A DNA stretch of 64,000 nucleotides, taken from positions 140,120,001-140,184,000 of the forward strand of contig OZ024741.1 of the NCBI GenBank assembly GCA_964016885.1. Reading direction: 5' to 3'. The first letter of the stretch is position 1, and the number at the start of each line of letters is the position of its first letter. Positions 40,650 to 54,947 of the stretch are shown here, in pieces. The DNA is from Eledone cirrhosa. Taxonomy: Eukaryota. Below the pieces are notes generated by a model. It searched no databases. It was given only the letters and a program-made list of their open reading frames with translations, and had not been told where the DNA came from. The position numbers and the translations under genes were made by a program.

Positions 40650-40980
40650 GAAGGTGTACGGTTTAGTGGTTAGAACGTGTGGTTGTGACTCCCATTCCCA
40701 GACAGGGTCATAGGTTGTGTCCTTGAGCAATACACTATATTTCACCTTGCCCCAGATGCCATAGCTGTACAAATGAATTAGGACGTCACTGGTATCAGCC
40801 TGTACCAGTCATTGTTTTTTTCTTGGATGACATCGTTGGGGTGGAATGGGGAGACCGCTATGCATGGGCGAATGCTGGTTTTCCACAAATATCCTTTCCA
40901 AAAATTGTGCCTCGAAAGATAACTTGTAGGTGTAAATCCAATGGTCAGTCGTACCGAAGGAGGTCTTTACAATTACCCTC
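40650..40980 (+). mobile_element. SINE of second family
   Basis: GGTTTAGTGGTTAG tRNA-like head; GTGTCCTTGAGCAA..ATTTCA..AGCTGTACAAATG core. Confidence 0.65.
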
Positions 40981-40981
40981 A

Positions 40982-41038
<57 letters not shown>

Positions 41039-41039
41039 G

Positions 41040-42730
41040 TTAATCCGCAACACACTATATCGGACATAGCGTTTTGCGCCCTTGATGACAGAGTGGCAAT
41101 AAACGAAACTAAATACAATTCAGCAGTAGGCCCCGATAGGTTCCCTGCTTGTGTCCTGAAGGTGGTTCGACACCAACTTGCACCTCCTGTTGTTAATATG
41201 TGGGGGAACTCACTGGATGGTGGATATATACCAGAAAACTTACTATCCCAATCTGTTGTCCCAGTTTTCAAAAAGGGAAAGAAATCCCTTGGCGTGAATT
41301 ACCGTCCGATCTCACTCACCTCACATAACATTAAGTTATTTGAGATGGTGATGAGATCACGAATCACTCACTTTCTTGAAAGCAACAATCTGCTGAACCC
41401 CAGCCAACATGGGTTTCGTAATGGAAGGGATTGCCTAACGCAGCTACTGCATAATTTTTATGACATTTTCAGAGCTTTGGGAGAGGGCTCCAACACTGAT
41501 GTCATCTACCTTGATTTCAGCAATGCCTTTGACGGGGTTGATCACAACATTCTATTCAGAAAACTATCCAGCACTGGTGTCACTGGAAACTGGTGTTTCC
41601 GCAGTGGAGCAACTGTTTCCTGTCAAACAGAGCCCAATATGTTGTGCTCGAAGGAGGACAATCCAGCCCAGCCAAAACCAGTAGTGGTGTTCTACAAGGC
41701 TCTGTGTTGGCTTCAGTTCTTTTCATTATCTATATCAATGACATTACTGACATCATCAAGCACAGTAGGATAAGAATCTTCGCAGATGATCCCAAGCTCC
41801 AGAAGGTCATCAATAGCGTGGCTGACCGGATATGCCTGCAATCAGATCTACTGGCTGTTATGCAATGGGAAGAAACGAAGAATATGCTGCTGAACGAGGT
41901 TAAATTTGAGTTCATCCACTTTGGAAAAGAGGATGCTCTGAAACTCCCATACTCTCTTCCTTCGGGCGAAATTCTAGTGGCATCCAACAACATCAGAGAC
42001 TTGGTAGTAATTGTGGACAACAACATAAGCTGGGCCACTCATATAAACAACAAAGTTGACGTGGCACGCAGTGTTCCTGGATTCTCAGAACATTCCATTC
42101 GAGAGATATCCACACCATTAGCCTTCTCTTCACTTTTACCTGACTCCATTTTTAATACTGTTGTCCGCTGTGGTTTCCCCACACGAAATAAAGTATCATG
42201 AAAATTGAAGCTCCTCAAAGGTCAATCATGAAAAAGATAGATGTCAGCCCGTGACTATTGGGTTAGACTAGAACATCTCAAACTTTATTGTCTCCAACGC
42301 TGCCGTTGGCGTGACATTATGTGCACAATGTGGAAAATATTCCATCAGCATTGCCCAAATGATGTTGGCATCACCTTCAAAGTACACCCAAAACTTGGGG
42401 CTCATGCTATCCACCCACAACAAAAATCAAACTCGCATCTCATAACAAGAATACGGGACAATTATTTCACCTCAATTGGCTCCGCTCACTTTAACATTAC
42501 ACCAAAACACATTGAAAACAGAGACAGTCGCATGAAGTTCAAGAAGTCTTTGGACACAATCCTTCAAGAAATCCCAGATAAGTTTCTTACACCCTGATAT
42601 GTCTCCGTAAACAATAACTATCTGCTTGAGTGGGCCATGGTGTACAAATCCTGATTTGAAAGACATCGGCAGGTGGTGATGTTAAGTTAGACATGGCCTG
42701 AGTCAATACTGGCCGAAACCTATAAAAGTT
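41040..42730 (+). mobile_element. 5'-truncated CR1-like LINE, RT pseudogene
   Basis: SAVGPDRFP, VVPVFKKG..NYRPISLTS, QHGFRNGRDC, YLDFSNAFD, SGVLQGSVL, IFADD; frameshifts; flanked by (TA)n. Confidence 0.92.
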
Positions 42731-42910
42731 ATATATATATAAGCACACAATAACGTTTAGCCCCCTCACCAGATAGCCTTAAGTAGGCCGAATGAGCAGC
42801 ACTTCAGGGCGACCGGCTAAAGTGAATGATGCTATATGGTCGGTCGTCCTCGGGTCTATGATTTTCAGCCCCATGGATTTTATCTGTTACATTTATTTAT
42901 TATATTTCGA

Positions 42911-42968
42911 ATACCTGATGATATCACCGGATTCATACGGAACTCGGTCATTGAAATGATAATAGTAT
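42911..42968 (+). ncRNA. Type I hammerhead ribozyme in a TA-flanked pLTR-like element (42741-43025)
   Basis: ATAC-CTGATGA-T-ATCACCG..CGGTCAT-T-GAAA-T-GATA-A-TA-GTAT. Stems I and II pair; AUA triplet. Confidence 0.65.
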
Positions 42969-43024
42969 AATAAACCTTTAAAGGATTTACACAAGTGCAG
43001 CCTCCTGTTATTTTATTATAATTG

Positions 43025-43084
<60 letters not shown>

Positions 43085-43087
<3 letters not shown>

Positions 43088-43226
43088 TTAATATAGAAAA
43101 GCTTCTACAGGTCTAGAACTGTTTCATTCGGGAGAAATCATCGGAAAAGCTGACTGTCCAAGTAATCTGATGATTTCTACCAAATGAAACAGTTCTAGTC
43201 CTGTAGAAGCTTTTCTATATTAAATA
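43085..43226. repeat. 61-bp inverted repeat between (TA)n tracts, with HHR-core remnants
   Basis: Arms 43085-43145 and 43166-43226; CTGATGA..GAAAC at 43167-43190. Confidence 0.85.
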
Positions 43227-43279
43227 TTTATACTCTGCTTTGTATTGAGTACCTTACTTACTGTGGTTACCCCCGATGA

Positions 43280-43340
<61 letters not shown>

Positions 43341-43345
<5 letters not shown>

Positions 43346-43767
43346 TGTATATATAGTGTATTTTGCAATACACTGTATGCTTAATTAAAAACATTTCGAA
43401 ACCTTGTTTTAGAGTAGTGACAGTCTCACTTACTTTAAATTTTCAGCAAACAAGGGAGATAAAGCTGACAGAGCTCTGTTTCGTACTGATTGGTACTTAT
43501 CAAAGCCAAGTACTCAACCTGTTTGCTGAAAATCATGAATGATTAATTCTTATAGAATTCTAGTAATAATCAGGAACTGATTATACAGAGCGGTTGCCGA
43601 TTGAAGCAGAAATTGAAAATTAGAATAAATGCTCTGAAATAGCGATATATATATATGAATGTATATATAGTGTATTTTGCTGAAAATTTAAAGTAAGTGA
43701 GACTGGCACTACTCTAAAACAATAGCGTAAGGTTTCTAAATGCTTTTAATTAAGCATACAGTGTATT
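43341..43767 (-). mobile_element. Retrozyme-like ~314-nt monomer (subfamily A) with restart and inverted segment; degenerate HHR at 43464-43506
   Basis: ATGAATGTATATATAGTGTATTTTGC recurs at 43341 and 43655. Minus-strand GCT-TTGATAA-GTAC-CAATCA-GTAC-GAAAC-AGAGCTCT-GTC-AGC. Confidence 0.75.
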
Positions 43768-43967
43768 NNNNNNNNNNNNNNNNNNNNNNNNNNNNNNNNN
43801 NNNNNNNNNNNNNNNNNNNNNNNNNNNNNNNNNNNNNNNNNNNNNNNNNNNNNNNNNNNNNNNNNNNNNNNNNNNNNNNNNNNNNNNNNNNNNNNNNNNN
43901 NNNNNNNNNNNNNNNNNNNNNNNNNNNNNNNNNNNNNNNNNNNNNNNNNNNNNNNNNNNNNNNNNNN
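43768..43967. other. Assembly gap (200 N)
   Basis: Run of n characters. Confidence 1.
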
Positions 43968-44769
<802 letters not shown>

Positions 44770-45427
44770 GAATGAATGTATGCATACTATATTTGGCAAT
44801 ATACCGTATGTTTAAATTAAAAACATTTTGAAAACCTTACGCTATCATTTTAAAAGTAGTGACTATGTCACTTACTTCTTTTCGGCGATAGAAGGCAGAG
44901 AAGCTAACAGTCTGTTTCATGCTGTTTGGCAATCATCAGATCTACGTACTGATTTCTTCCGCCGAAAATTATAGAAGCTGGATTCTTATAGAATCTTTAA
45001 AAATGATAGCGTAAGGTCTTCAAAATGTTTTTAATTAAAAACATGCTGTATATTGCCAAATATACTATACATACATTGATGTATATATCGCTATTTCAGA
45101 GATCAATCCTAATACTTAATAGTTGCTGGACCGGCAATCACTCTGTATAATTAGCTCCTCATTATTACTGAAATTCTATAAGAATCGAGCTTCTATAATT
45201 TTTGGCGGAAGAGGCAGTACGTGGCTCTGATGATTGCCAAACAGTATGAAACAGACTGTTAGCTTCTCTGCGTTCTTTCGCCGAAAAGAAGTAAGTGACA
45301 TAGTCACTACTTTAAAAATGATAGCGTAAGGTCTTCTAAAGGATTTTAATTAAACATACGGTATCTTGCCAAATATACCATGCATACATTCATGTATACA
45401 TCGCTATTTCAGAGCACCAATCCTAAT
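44770..45427 (+). mobile_element. Retrozyme-like ~315-nt monomer (subfamily B): inverted arm 44770-44995 plus ~1.4 head-to-tail units
   Basis: TTTAAAAATGATAGCG at 44996 and 45311; TCGCTATTTCAGAG at 45088 and 45401; HHRs at 45214-45271 (+) and about 44895-44950 (-). Confidence 0.8.
45214..45271 (+). ncRNA. Extended type I hammerhead ribozyme
   Basis: GCAG-TAC-GTGGCT-CTGATGA-TTGC-CAAACA-GTAT-GAAAC-AGACT-GTT-AGC-TTCT-CTGC. Confidence 0.8.
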
Positions 45428-45433
45428 ATATAT

Positions 45434-45527
<94 letters not shown>

Positions 45528-46191
45528 GAAAGTATATAAATTATTGTGAGCGTGAAGCTATATATGCGTGTGTGTATGTGTGTATAATCACGCATAAGTG
45601 AGTGAGAGTGCGCAAGTGAGAAAGAGATAAAGATAAATAATACCGCAAAATATATACATTTACTGGCATAAAACGGTTTACACAGGTACACACAAACATT
45701 GACGCATACATACAAAGAGACACACGCAGTATCATATATAGATAGTTACAAATACACACGCACACCCCCATACACATATACACGTGTGCAATCATACATA
45801 TATATGAATGGGTATATGTGTGTGTGTGTGTGTGTTTAAGACCAATAAGTCCATTATTCAACTTAGCACTCGTACCTTACTGGAGTGTAGTTATCATTAT
45901 AGAATAGTATTCCCGACGGTCAGATGCTATTATCGTAATAATATATACATATATGATATAGACCATTTCCCTATTAATGCCGTACTCCAGCGTGGCCTTC
46001 ATATTCACGGCTAAAACAACCTAACAAATATATATCTACGTTGTATAGACTCAGACATTCATAAATTCAGAAAGACTATAGTAAGACATCTGGCCCGCTC
46101 ATACATGCCGATGTGTGAAATAAGGGAGAGAACTCACAAAGAATTATCTCCCCTAGATTTCTTTGTGTCTCATGAATCGACTTCCATGTCA

Positions 46192-46370
46192 TGTTTCTAC
46201 TTTTGGCACAAGGCCAGCAATTACCCAGTACATTAGTGGTACTTTATTTTATCGACCCCGTAAGGATGAAAGGTAAAGTTAACCTCGGCGGTATTTGAAC
46301 TAAGAATTGCAAGGGCCGTAACTCTATGCGTCAAAGCATGGCGCCCGACCCTCTACCGATACTGCCATTC
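46192..46370 (-). mobile_element. SINE (main family)
   Basis: Near-full consensus match on the minus strand. Confidence 0.9.
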
Positions 46371-47429
46371 CCAAAATAGTCAATTGCAAGCACCTTAGAT
46401 GTCAGATTAGGGTGTAAACAAAAAAAAAAAAAAAAGAAAATGTGTCACTTTCATGTCAATAAATACAATGGTGTAATGTAAAAACGGTAGAAGTAGGTGT
46501 TCTGCAATGATATGATATAGCATGGTATGGTCTGTTTTGTTATAATGTGTTTCCCTATAAAGTAATTACTTTAATTTCCACTTTGATTTAAGAAAAAGAA
46601 ATGTTTTCCTTTGTTTTTCTATGTGCTATCATCTAATACAACCTCCAACATGCTCGCAGTTGACTATACTTTAACATGTTAACAAATATGACTTCCACTG
46701 CAATCAAAAGTGATTAGCCTTGTGAATGGTATTTCCTACCACTTCCGCCATCTTTTTTCTACAAAACTAGTCATTTTCTACAGGTTTTAAAGTCATATTC
46801 ATTGATAATATGTGCAAAAAATAGTCACTTGTGAACACCCCTAATGTCAGATTGGGTGGTAAGTACACACACGCAAAAAAAAAAAAATAGAGATGAAAAT
46901 TGTTTATGCTGAGATCAAGAGCATGGTGTGATGTAGTATGGTGTAGTTTGGTATGGTGTGGTTTGTAGTTTAATGTGATGTGGTCTGTTTTGTTATAATG
47001 CGTTTCCCTATAATTAGGGACTTAATTTTCACTTTGATTTAAGTCAGAGAACATTTTTTCCTTTGTTTTTCTATGTGCTATCAACTAATCCAACCACTAT
47101 CATACTCGCAGTAGACTATACTTTAACATGTTAACAAATGTGACTTCAACTGCAATCAAAAATAACTAGTTTTGTGAATGGTATTTCCGCCCACTTCCGC
47201 CCTCTTTTTTCTACAAAGCTAGTCATTTTCGACAGGTTTCAATGTCATATTCATTGATAATATGTGAAAAAAAAGTTATTTGCGAGCACCTTTACTGTCA
47301 GATTGGGTGGTAAGCACCTAAAAAATAAAAGGAAACAGGAAGAAAATGTTTCATACTGAGATCAATAGCATGGTGTGATGTAGTATCGTGTAGTTTGGTA
47401 TGGTGTGGTTTGGATTGTTGTAGTTATGA

Positions 47430-48979
47430 AATGGGAACCTATGGCAAACAATAGGCTTCCATGTTATATACATGCCTGAGCTCAAAGAAGCCATCAAACA
47501 GCTCAAAGCCTCAAAAGCCTTTGGGCCGGATAATATACCTACCCTGATATGGAAGGATGAGCATTTCCACATGCTTTTGCTCAACTTATGTAACCATACT
47601 TTCGAGACCAATAAACCACCTAGCGTCTGGCATGCAGCTCAAATTATCCCCATGCCCAAAAAAGGAGATCTTTCTTTAGCCACCAACTATAGAGGAATTT
47701 CTCTCATGGCAATTGCTGCAAAAATATACAATAAGCTTCTTCTTAGCCGCTTAATCCCATTTCTTGAGCCAATCCTTCGTAACAACCAGAATGGATTTAG
47801 GAGAGGTAGATCAACACTTAGCCAGATTCTCTGCCTTCGCCGACTTATAGAGGAGTCCCAAAACCGCAATCTAGACCTTGCACTCATCTTTGTTGATTTT
47901 TCAAAAGCCTTCGACTCAGTTGACAGGTCGGGGATGTTTGAAATTCTACAACTCTATGGGATTCCTGATAAAATCATCGCGGCCATACGTGTAATGTATA
48001 CAGATACCAAATCAACTGTCCTGACCCCAGATGGGGAAACACCACCTTTCTCAATCCTCGCTGGAATTTTACAGGGCGATACCCTTGCTCCGTATCTATT
48101 TATCATTGTTGTGGATTATGTTTTGCGCATGTCTGTGGATAGGATTCAGGATAGGGGATACCAACTACAGCCTAGGACAAGTTCACGCTACCCAGCAAAA
48201 TACTTGACCGACACCGACTTTGCTGACGACATCGCATTGATCAGTCGGTCACTGGAAAATGCTGAGAGTATTTTGAAGTCATTAGAGCAAGCGTCCAACT
48301 GTGTTGGACTGTACCTCAACGAATCCAAGACTGAGTATGTGAACAGATGTGCAAACAGCCCAAACTACCCCATCAGAACCCTTAATGGTACCACCCTTAA
48401 GCAGGTGGAAGATTACAAGTATCTTGGCTTATATATCTCCTCCTCCAAAAACGATTTTCTAACCAGGAAGGGTATGGCATGGTCAGCGTGCAATGACATG
48501 CACGCCATATGGACATCTCAACTTACCAACAAGCTAAAACTGGAAATATTCCAAGCAACCATTAAGCCCATATTACTTTATGGATCCGAAACTTGGACAC
48601 TAACATCACAACTTGAGAGGAGATTGGATGGCACATATACCAGTCTCTCAATGAGAGTGCAAAACCTATCCTGGAAACGACATCCCACCTTGTCTAAAGT
48701 CTATGGCAAACTCCCTCGAGCCTCTGCCCTTCTAAAATCCCGGAGAGCTCAATTTGCTGGCCACTGTCACCGTGCCAGCAATGAAAGCATATCCGCTCTC
48801 TTGCTCTGGAACCCTGACTCCAGCCTGACTAGGAGTAGGAAGCTGTCATTCCCTGACGTTATCTCTAGGGATACGGGAATCAGTAGACAGGACCTGGGGG
48901 CAGCGATGGGTGATAGGGAATTCTGGGGCATGAGAGTGAGATCCATCATCTCGACAGTAGTCGACGAATGATGATGATT
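47430..48979 (+). mobile_element. 5'-truncated RTE-clade LINE
   Basis: Contains the uninterrupted RT ORF; ends in a (TGA)n tail. Confidence 0.92.
47472..48971 (+). CDS. RTE-type reverse transcriptase (endonuclease domain missing)
   Basis: 499-aa open frame: KAFGPDNIP, PKKGDL..NYRGISL, QNGFRRGRST, FVDFSKAFDS, GILQGDTLAP, DFADD, YKYLG, LLYGSETW. Confidence 0.9.
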   Translation: MPELKEAIKQLKASKAFGPDNIPTLIWKDEHFHMLLLNLCNHTFETNKPPSVWHAAQIIPMPKKGDLSLATNYRGISLMAIAAKIYNKLLLSRLIPFLEPILRNNQNGFRRGRSTLSQILCLRRLIEESQNRNLDLALIFVDFSKAFDSVDRSGMFEILQLYGIPDKIIAAIRVMYTDTKSTVLTPDGETPPFSILAGILQGDTLAPYLFIIVVDYVLRMSVDRIQDRGYQLQPRTSSRYPAKYLTDTDFADDIALISRSLENAESILKSLEQASNCVGLYLNESKTEYVNRCANSPNYPIRTLNGTTLKQVEDYKYLGLYISSSKNDFLTRKGMAWSACNDMHAIWTSQLTNKLKLEIFQATIKPILLYGSETWTLTSQLERRLDGTYTSLSMRVQNLSWKRHPTLSKVYGKLPRASALLKSRRAQFAGHCHRASNESISALLLWNPDSSLTRSRKLSFPDVISRDTGISRQDLGAAMGDREFWGMRVRSIISTVVDE

Positions 48980-49789
48980 ATATACATTGAAAATGTGTGA
49001 AAAAATAGTCAATTGCAAGCAACTTAAAATAAAATCGACCACATGAAAATAAACAGAAAAATGTTCACATTGAGAAAAATTTGCCATGGTGTGATGTAGT
49101 ATGGTGTAGTTTGGAGTAGTTTAATGTGGTGCGGTGTGGTCTGTTATAACGTGTTTCCCTGTTAAGTAAGGACTTTAATTCTGAAGCCTATTATAATGAT
49201 ATGTAGTAGAGTTCATCAGTAGATATAGCAAGGTTATGTACATGGATATGTTCGACTAAACACAGTTGCATATTAGCATAGGATTGGTCAGTAAATTTAC
49301 TAACTCTTGTGGAATATATTTTGTATTTGCCTTAATTCAACAACCCTTCTTAATTAACATCATATTTCATTTTGTCTATATATTTAAAATGTACGGAGGA
49401 AAAGAATCTGTAAAATATACGCCGGAAAAAATAATAATAGAATTCCTTCTTTTTTAATGCCACTGGTTGCCTGATATTTAACCAAGTTCTTAGTATAACA
49501 TACGTCCTTAACATGTAGCCCTTACTTACCACAGGCTATTACACTCAGTATAGGGTGCTAATTATTTATCAAGTATTTACTACAACATATCTTATTGCAA
49601 AATAGTCCTTACTTACAACGTGTTATCTATTCAGTATCGTGTACTTACTTCTTTAGTAAGTAGTTGGTATAACATACCTACTTACTATATAGTCAATACT
49701 TGTAAAGTGATATCTACTCAGAATATTAAACCTACTTCCTTATCAAGTTCTTACCTACTAGGAAGTAATTCCTCAACATATGTTCCCTA

Positions 49790-51660
49790 TCTTCCACGAG
49801 AAACCTACTTACTCTTCGATGCATCATAGGGAATGTGGCTCAGGAACCTGGCATGGGTGGGGCCCTGATCAACGTAGATCAATTGAAAGCTTTCAATTCG
49901 GTTGAACGTCTGTACCTGGCTGCAGTCCGCAAGGCACTGGGCTTTGGGTTTCAATTTCGAGGATGGATTGCAGCTTTGCACAACGACATCTGTGATTAGA
50001 TATTTGTGATTGGTGTGATTAGAGTGAACGGCTACCGTTCAGAACCTTTCAACATCATGTGCTGGGTTCGCACAGATTATCCTTTGTCATCGCTATTGTA
50101 GGTATTGATGTTCGATCCACTACTACACAAATTGGAGACGTTGAGGAGCACTCTATGCGAACTAGGTGTGGAATATATTTATCAGCATATACCATTAATG
50201 TAACCTTAGTGGTGTCGAGCGGCAAACATATGGTGTTGATCGTCAGTGCTCTCGAGGACTACGAAGCGACAAGAGAAGCAAAATGTGATCAGGAAAAGTC
50301 AGTGGCCCTGCAGCTCAACAGTCAGAGAAGTATATCTCTGCCACCCAACAAGGTCGTGGGACGCTTGACAGATATACCGGTTAAATTTCTTGGAGTCTAG
50401 TATAGACCAAACCTCCAAATGGACAAAACATGGGACGAGGTAACGAGCAGAGTGGCCACTCTCATCCAGAAATAAGCCGAGGGGAAGCTATCTCTGAAAG
50501 TTCGGCAGACGTGGCAAACACTCACATCGCGTCCGTCATCTATTACCGACTGATCGTCGTGCTTTGTCCTGATCCATGTCTTTTTGTGGAATGTACGCGT
50601 GCCGTCAGGCGGTCCATTTGTTGCCAACGCAACTAGGTGGACGTCTGTGCATGCTGTGGCTGATAATATGCAAACAGGCGTTCATGATACGCTATCTTCA
50701 GGTCTAACACGATCGTAAACAGGTGTAGTCACCGTTTACTAAACGCTGTTTTTCACATCTCATATCCTTGACTGAGCTGCAGTCCTTGTTCAAACGAAGA
50801 CCGATGGGGAATGCTTGAAAACTGGAATGTGTCCAAGGGCTAACAGCCCTCAGCCAATCGAGCAGTGAGGTCGGTGGAAACTCCACATTAGCGTTCTATA
50901 CAGGGGTAGTGCGATGATGTCTTTGGGGAGACTCTGAGCGTTAACGAAAATCAACTAGCAATTTTTCCCAGAGGACTTTCGGTCCGGGGCCCGGGGATAA
51001 TTTCCAGAAATCCCTGGCTCCTCAGTGTATCCGAGGAGCTTTGCCATTTTGAGATAAACTCTACAAGAATGGAAGTGCCGTAAGTCGGGCCTGTCCGAGG
51101 TGCGCGCAGGATGACGAAACTGCCCTGCACGCAATCGACGAGTGTTCGAGTATTGCTGACCTGTGTGTCTATGTCGAGCACCTGCTGTCACGTGTAGGAC
51201 AGATCCGCCTATCAACTGAGTTCATTGTGAATATCGCCCCACCATCCTTCTTTAGAGGGAAAAAACAGGCAGTTTTTATATGCCTGGTGGCCATGATGAA
51301 AGAGGTCTTGTGGTAGAGGTGTTTGAAAGGGCTGAAGACAGCAATTTTCCTCTTCGGCGAAGCTCTGATTATCTTTTTTCAGGTTTCACTTGAAGACGAA
51401 AAGGTGGGTGAGAGTGGCGAGCATGGTCTGTGTAAATGGGCCTGCCTTGAGCATACACCAGTAGATTGGAGCAGAAAAACTGGGAGAGGGCACTTTGTGC
51501 TATGAAACAAGGTGGCCGTGGCTTTTGTGAGATATATCCACGAGTGACTATTAGTTTCTTCTGACTTTTGTTGGGGATTTATGGTGTTTATTTTCTTAAT
51601 CTCTGTGATAAATTTTATTTTACACAAAAAAAACCACATTGTATCGTCCTGTACCGTCTT
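49790..51660 (+). mobile_element. Tx1/L1-like LINE, highly degenerate RT and C-terminus
   Basis: ALINVDQLKAFNSVERLYL..ALGFGFQFRGWI, SAYTINVT (SAYADDVT-like), VKFLGV. A related fragment lies at about 52270-52450. Confidence 0.78.
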
Positions 51661-51708
51661 TAATTCCTGTGTGGCTAATAAAGAAATTACTATTATTACT
51701 ATCATCAT

Positions 51709-52200
51709 CGGTGGATTGGCAGTATAGGTAGAGAGTCGGACGCCATGCTTTCCAGCAGAGTTACGTCCCTTTACGATCTAAGTTCAAATCCCGCTGAGGT
51801 TAACTTTGCTTTTCATCCTTACGGGGTCGAGTAAATAAAGTACCAGTAATGTACTGAGTAATTGCTGACCTTGTGCCAAATGTAGAAACAATTATTACTA
51901 TCATCATCATCATTAGACGGTGGGGGCAGGAGATTGGCAGTATCGGTAGAGCGTCGGACACTATGCTTTGCAGCATAGAGTTACGCCCCTTTACATTCTG
52001 AATAAAATAAAGTACCGGCATAGATTTAATCGACTTCCCCCTACTCCCATTCAAATTACTGGCCTTGTGCTTAAAGTAGAAACAATTATTATTATTACTC
52101 CGGCCGACGTTAACTTTGTCTTTCATCCATACCGGGTCCATAAAATAAAACACCAGTAATGCACTGCGGGTAATTGCTGGCCTTGTGTCAAAAGTAGAAC
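51709..52200 (+). mobile_element. Three tandem SINE copies/fragments
   Basis: Heads at about 51709 and 51925, core and tail at 52105-52200. Confidence 0.85.
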
Positions 52201-53638
52201 CATTATAATTATTATTAGTAGTAGTAGTAGTAGTAGTAGAAGTAGTAGTAGTAGTAGTAGTAGTGAAATACGGAGCTGCAGTCTTGGGCCAAGCGGTGAC
52301 CGAGAGGGAGTGCTAGGAAACGTATGTCTTCAAGTATTCACAGTCCTCTGCCAATCGAGCAGTACGATCGGAGGAAACACCACCTTTGCCTTCTTTAGAG
52401 GGTTAGTAGTATGGAAAAGCAACGACGTTCTTTGGGAAACTATGGCCGTCGATGGTAAGATCAAGAAATTCGCGGCTTGGGAAGTTAATTACAGCATTTA
52501 CAATACTTCCGACTTTGTTGTTGATGTTCTTGTTCAAAGCAAATTTTATCTTCGACAAATGTATCTAATACTACCTTATAGAGTGTGCCCTTCCTCTAAT
52601 CCCACTATAATGTATGATTTAGTTGAGATATACATGATATTTCCAGCAAGTTCCATGACAGCACAGATAATCCAGATTTTAAAACACTCATTCAAGTTTG
52701 TAAATGATACGTATTTGAAAATATTTCTCAAAATTCCTGAACCGGTCATTTATCCGAGGGAGACAACTCAGAAGAAATATTTAGCACAAGATTTAGAGTA
52801 ATTTCCCTTCATGTACTGCATTGAAGTTAGCTAAGCATTATTGATTTTGTTTTAATACTTTTACTAGATTTAGTCATTAGAAATTTTATATATTTTTTTT
52901 ATCGAATATGATTCATCGAAATATACATATTATACATATATAAATGTATATGAATATACATGCTCATACAAGCATAGGCATATATACATAAGAACCTACA
53001 CATATATATATATACACGCACATACACAACAAAATATATATTATGTGGTTGTGTATGGGCGTGTGTGTGTTTGGTTGACTCAAATGAAGGTGCAAAAATA
53101 TTTTGATTCTAACTTAAACACATGATCAGCTGTATATTGTAGGTTGGGAGGAGTCGCGGTTATAGTGACCCCAATACTTATATGTCTTTTATTTTATTTT
53201 GTACACCCCGGAAGCAAGAAATGAAAAGACAAACTAAGCCGATCTACATCATCAGCAGTTGCGGATTCATATATACATTTATGTCTTTAAGGTTTGTATA
53301 TAAATTGCTGTTAATGCATGTAAAACTAATACAACGCATGATTTTATATGGTTCAGCGTCTATAAAATATCTATTATATATCTGTTAACAGTTAACATAC
53401 TAACATGATTTCCCAGAAAATATATAAAAGCGGAATAGTTAATTCAAAAGTATATAAAATCTTTACTAGTTGACAGACTGTTGTGAAAATGCGTTGTAAA
53501 CTAAAGTATTGACTTTCATTTTTAATATGATGAAGTCGAAGTGGTGTTTACGTATTTTTTAAGAATATCTTTTTAACGTGGATTCAAGCTGGTTGTTAAT
53601 TCATATATATACAGTATACACACACAAGCACACACACA

Positions 53639-53742
<104 letters not shown>

Positions 53743-53871
53743 TACACACACACGCACACACACACACACACACAAACACCCCCACCCCCCACCCACCCCA
53801 CACACACATACATATATATACAGTAAGTACGTTTTTGAAACAGCGAGCAAGTTTGAAATTAGAAAATAGAA

Positions 53872-54055
53872 GCTTTCACCGTATTTTTTTACTAAATAAA
53901 TTTTAGCCTGATAATGGGGTTGAGAACCCTCGGAGAAATGGAAAAAGATGAGTATTGACGTACATGTACGTCAATACTCATGTTTTTCCATTTCTCTGAG
54001 GGTTCTAAACCCCACTATGAGGCTAAAATGTCTTTACTAATAAAATACGGTGAAA

Positions 54056-54057
<2 letters not shown>
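53872..54057. repeat. Spacer-less ~93-bp-arm palindrome adjoining (TA)n
   Basis: Centre ATGAGTATTGACGTACA|TGTACGTCAATACTCAT; ends GCTTTCACCG / CGGTGAAAGC. Confidence 0.9.
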
Positions 54058-54126
<69 letters not shown>

Positions 54127-54678
54127 TACAGTTTTACAGATAGACGGATTTCTTGGGAATAATGAGGTAAACTAAAGGCTTTAAATGTTAACGTGATACA
54201 ATCAGATTGCAGTTTCTACTTTCAAGAATGTTTTACTAATATGGTAGCCAGTCGGACAAGAGGAGAATATTTAATCTAATACTATTAGTTTACTGTATAT
54301 GTTTGTATACGGAGTAGAGTGGGGCACTATTGAAAAAAGAAAGTCAATACAATTTACCATTAATTCACATCCTATGTATATCTGTTATATATTTATTTGG
54401 TATGTTTATGAGTGTTTATTTCAATGAGGCTCCTTTTTTATTTCCCACTTACTACTACACTTCGTCTCGTGACATGTTCATATCTTACTCTCAATTACCA
54501 GTCTTTGCCTCTCTGTTTTCAACCTTAGTCTTTTTTCTTTCCCCATCTCAATCTCTGGCATTCTGCACTCCTAAATGACGCATTAATAATGCCCACCACA
54601 CGTACACAATTACGCTTACATGCACACATGTGTGTAACCATCCTTCCACACACACACATATGCTTATATACACACACA

Positions 54679-54770
<92 letters not shown>

Positions 54771-54799
54771 CTTATATATATATACAAATATATATATAA

Positions 54800-54832
<33 letters not shown>

Positions 54833-54947
54833 TATATTGTTATACTTTGGGAGGGTCATGTTGCCAATAAGAAACACACGCACCAATCGATTTCACTTCA
54901 GTTTATTATATATTTATAAATTTACAAATTTATAAATTTATAAATTT

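Larger units (their letters stand above)
46373..49180. repeat. Diverged ~450-bp tandem repeat array interrupted by an RTE LINE
   Basis: Unit start AAAATAGTCA..GCA recurs at about 46373, 46816, 47268 and 48999; units share CATGGTGTGATGTAGTATG and CACTTCCGCC. Confidence 0.8.
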
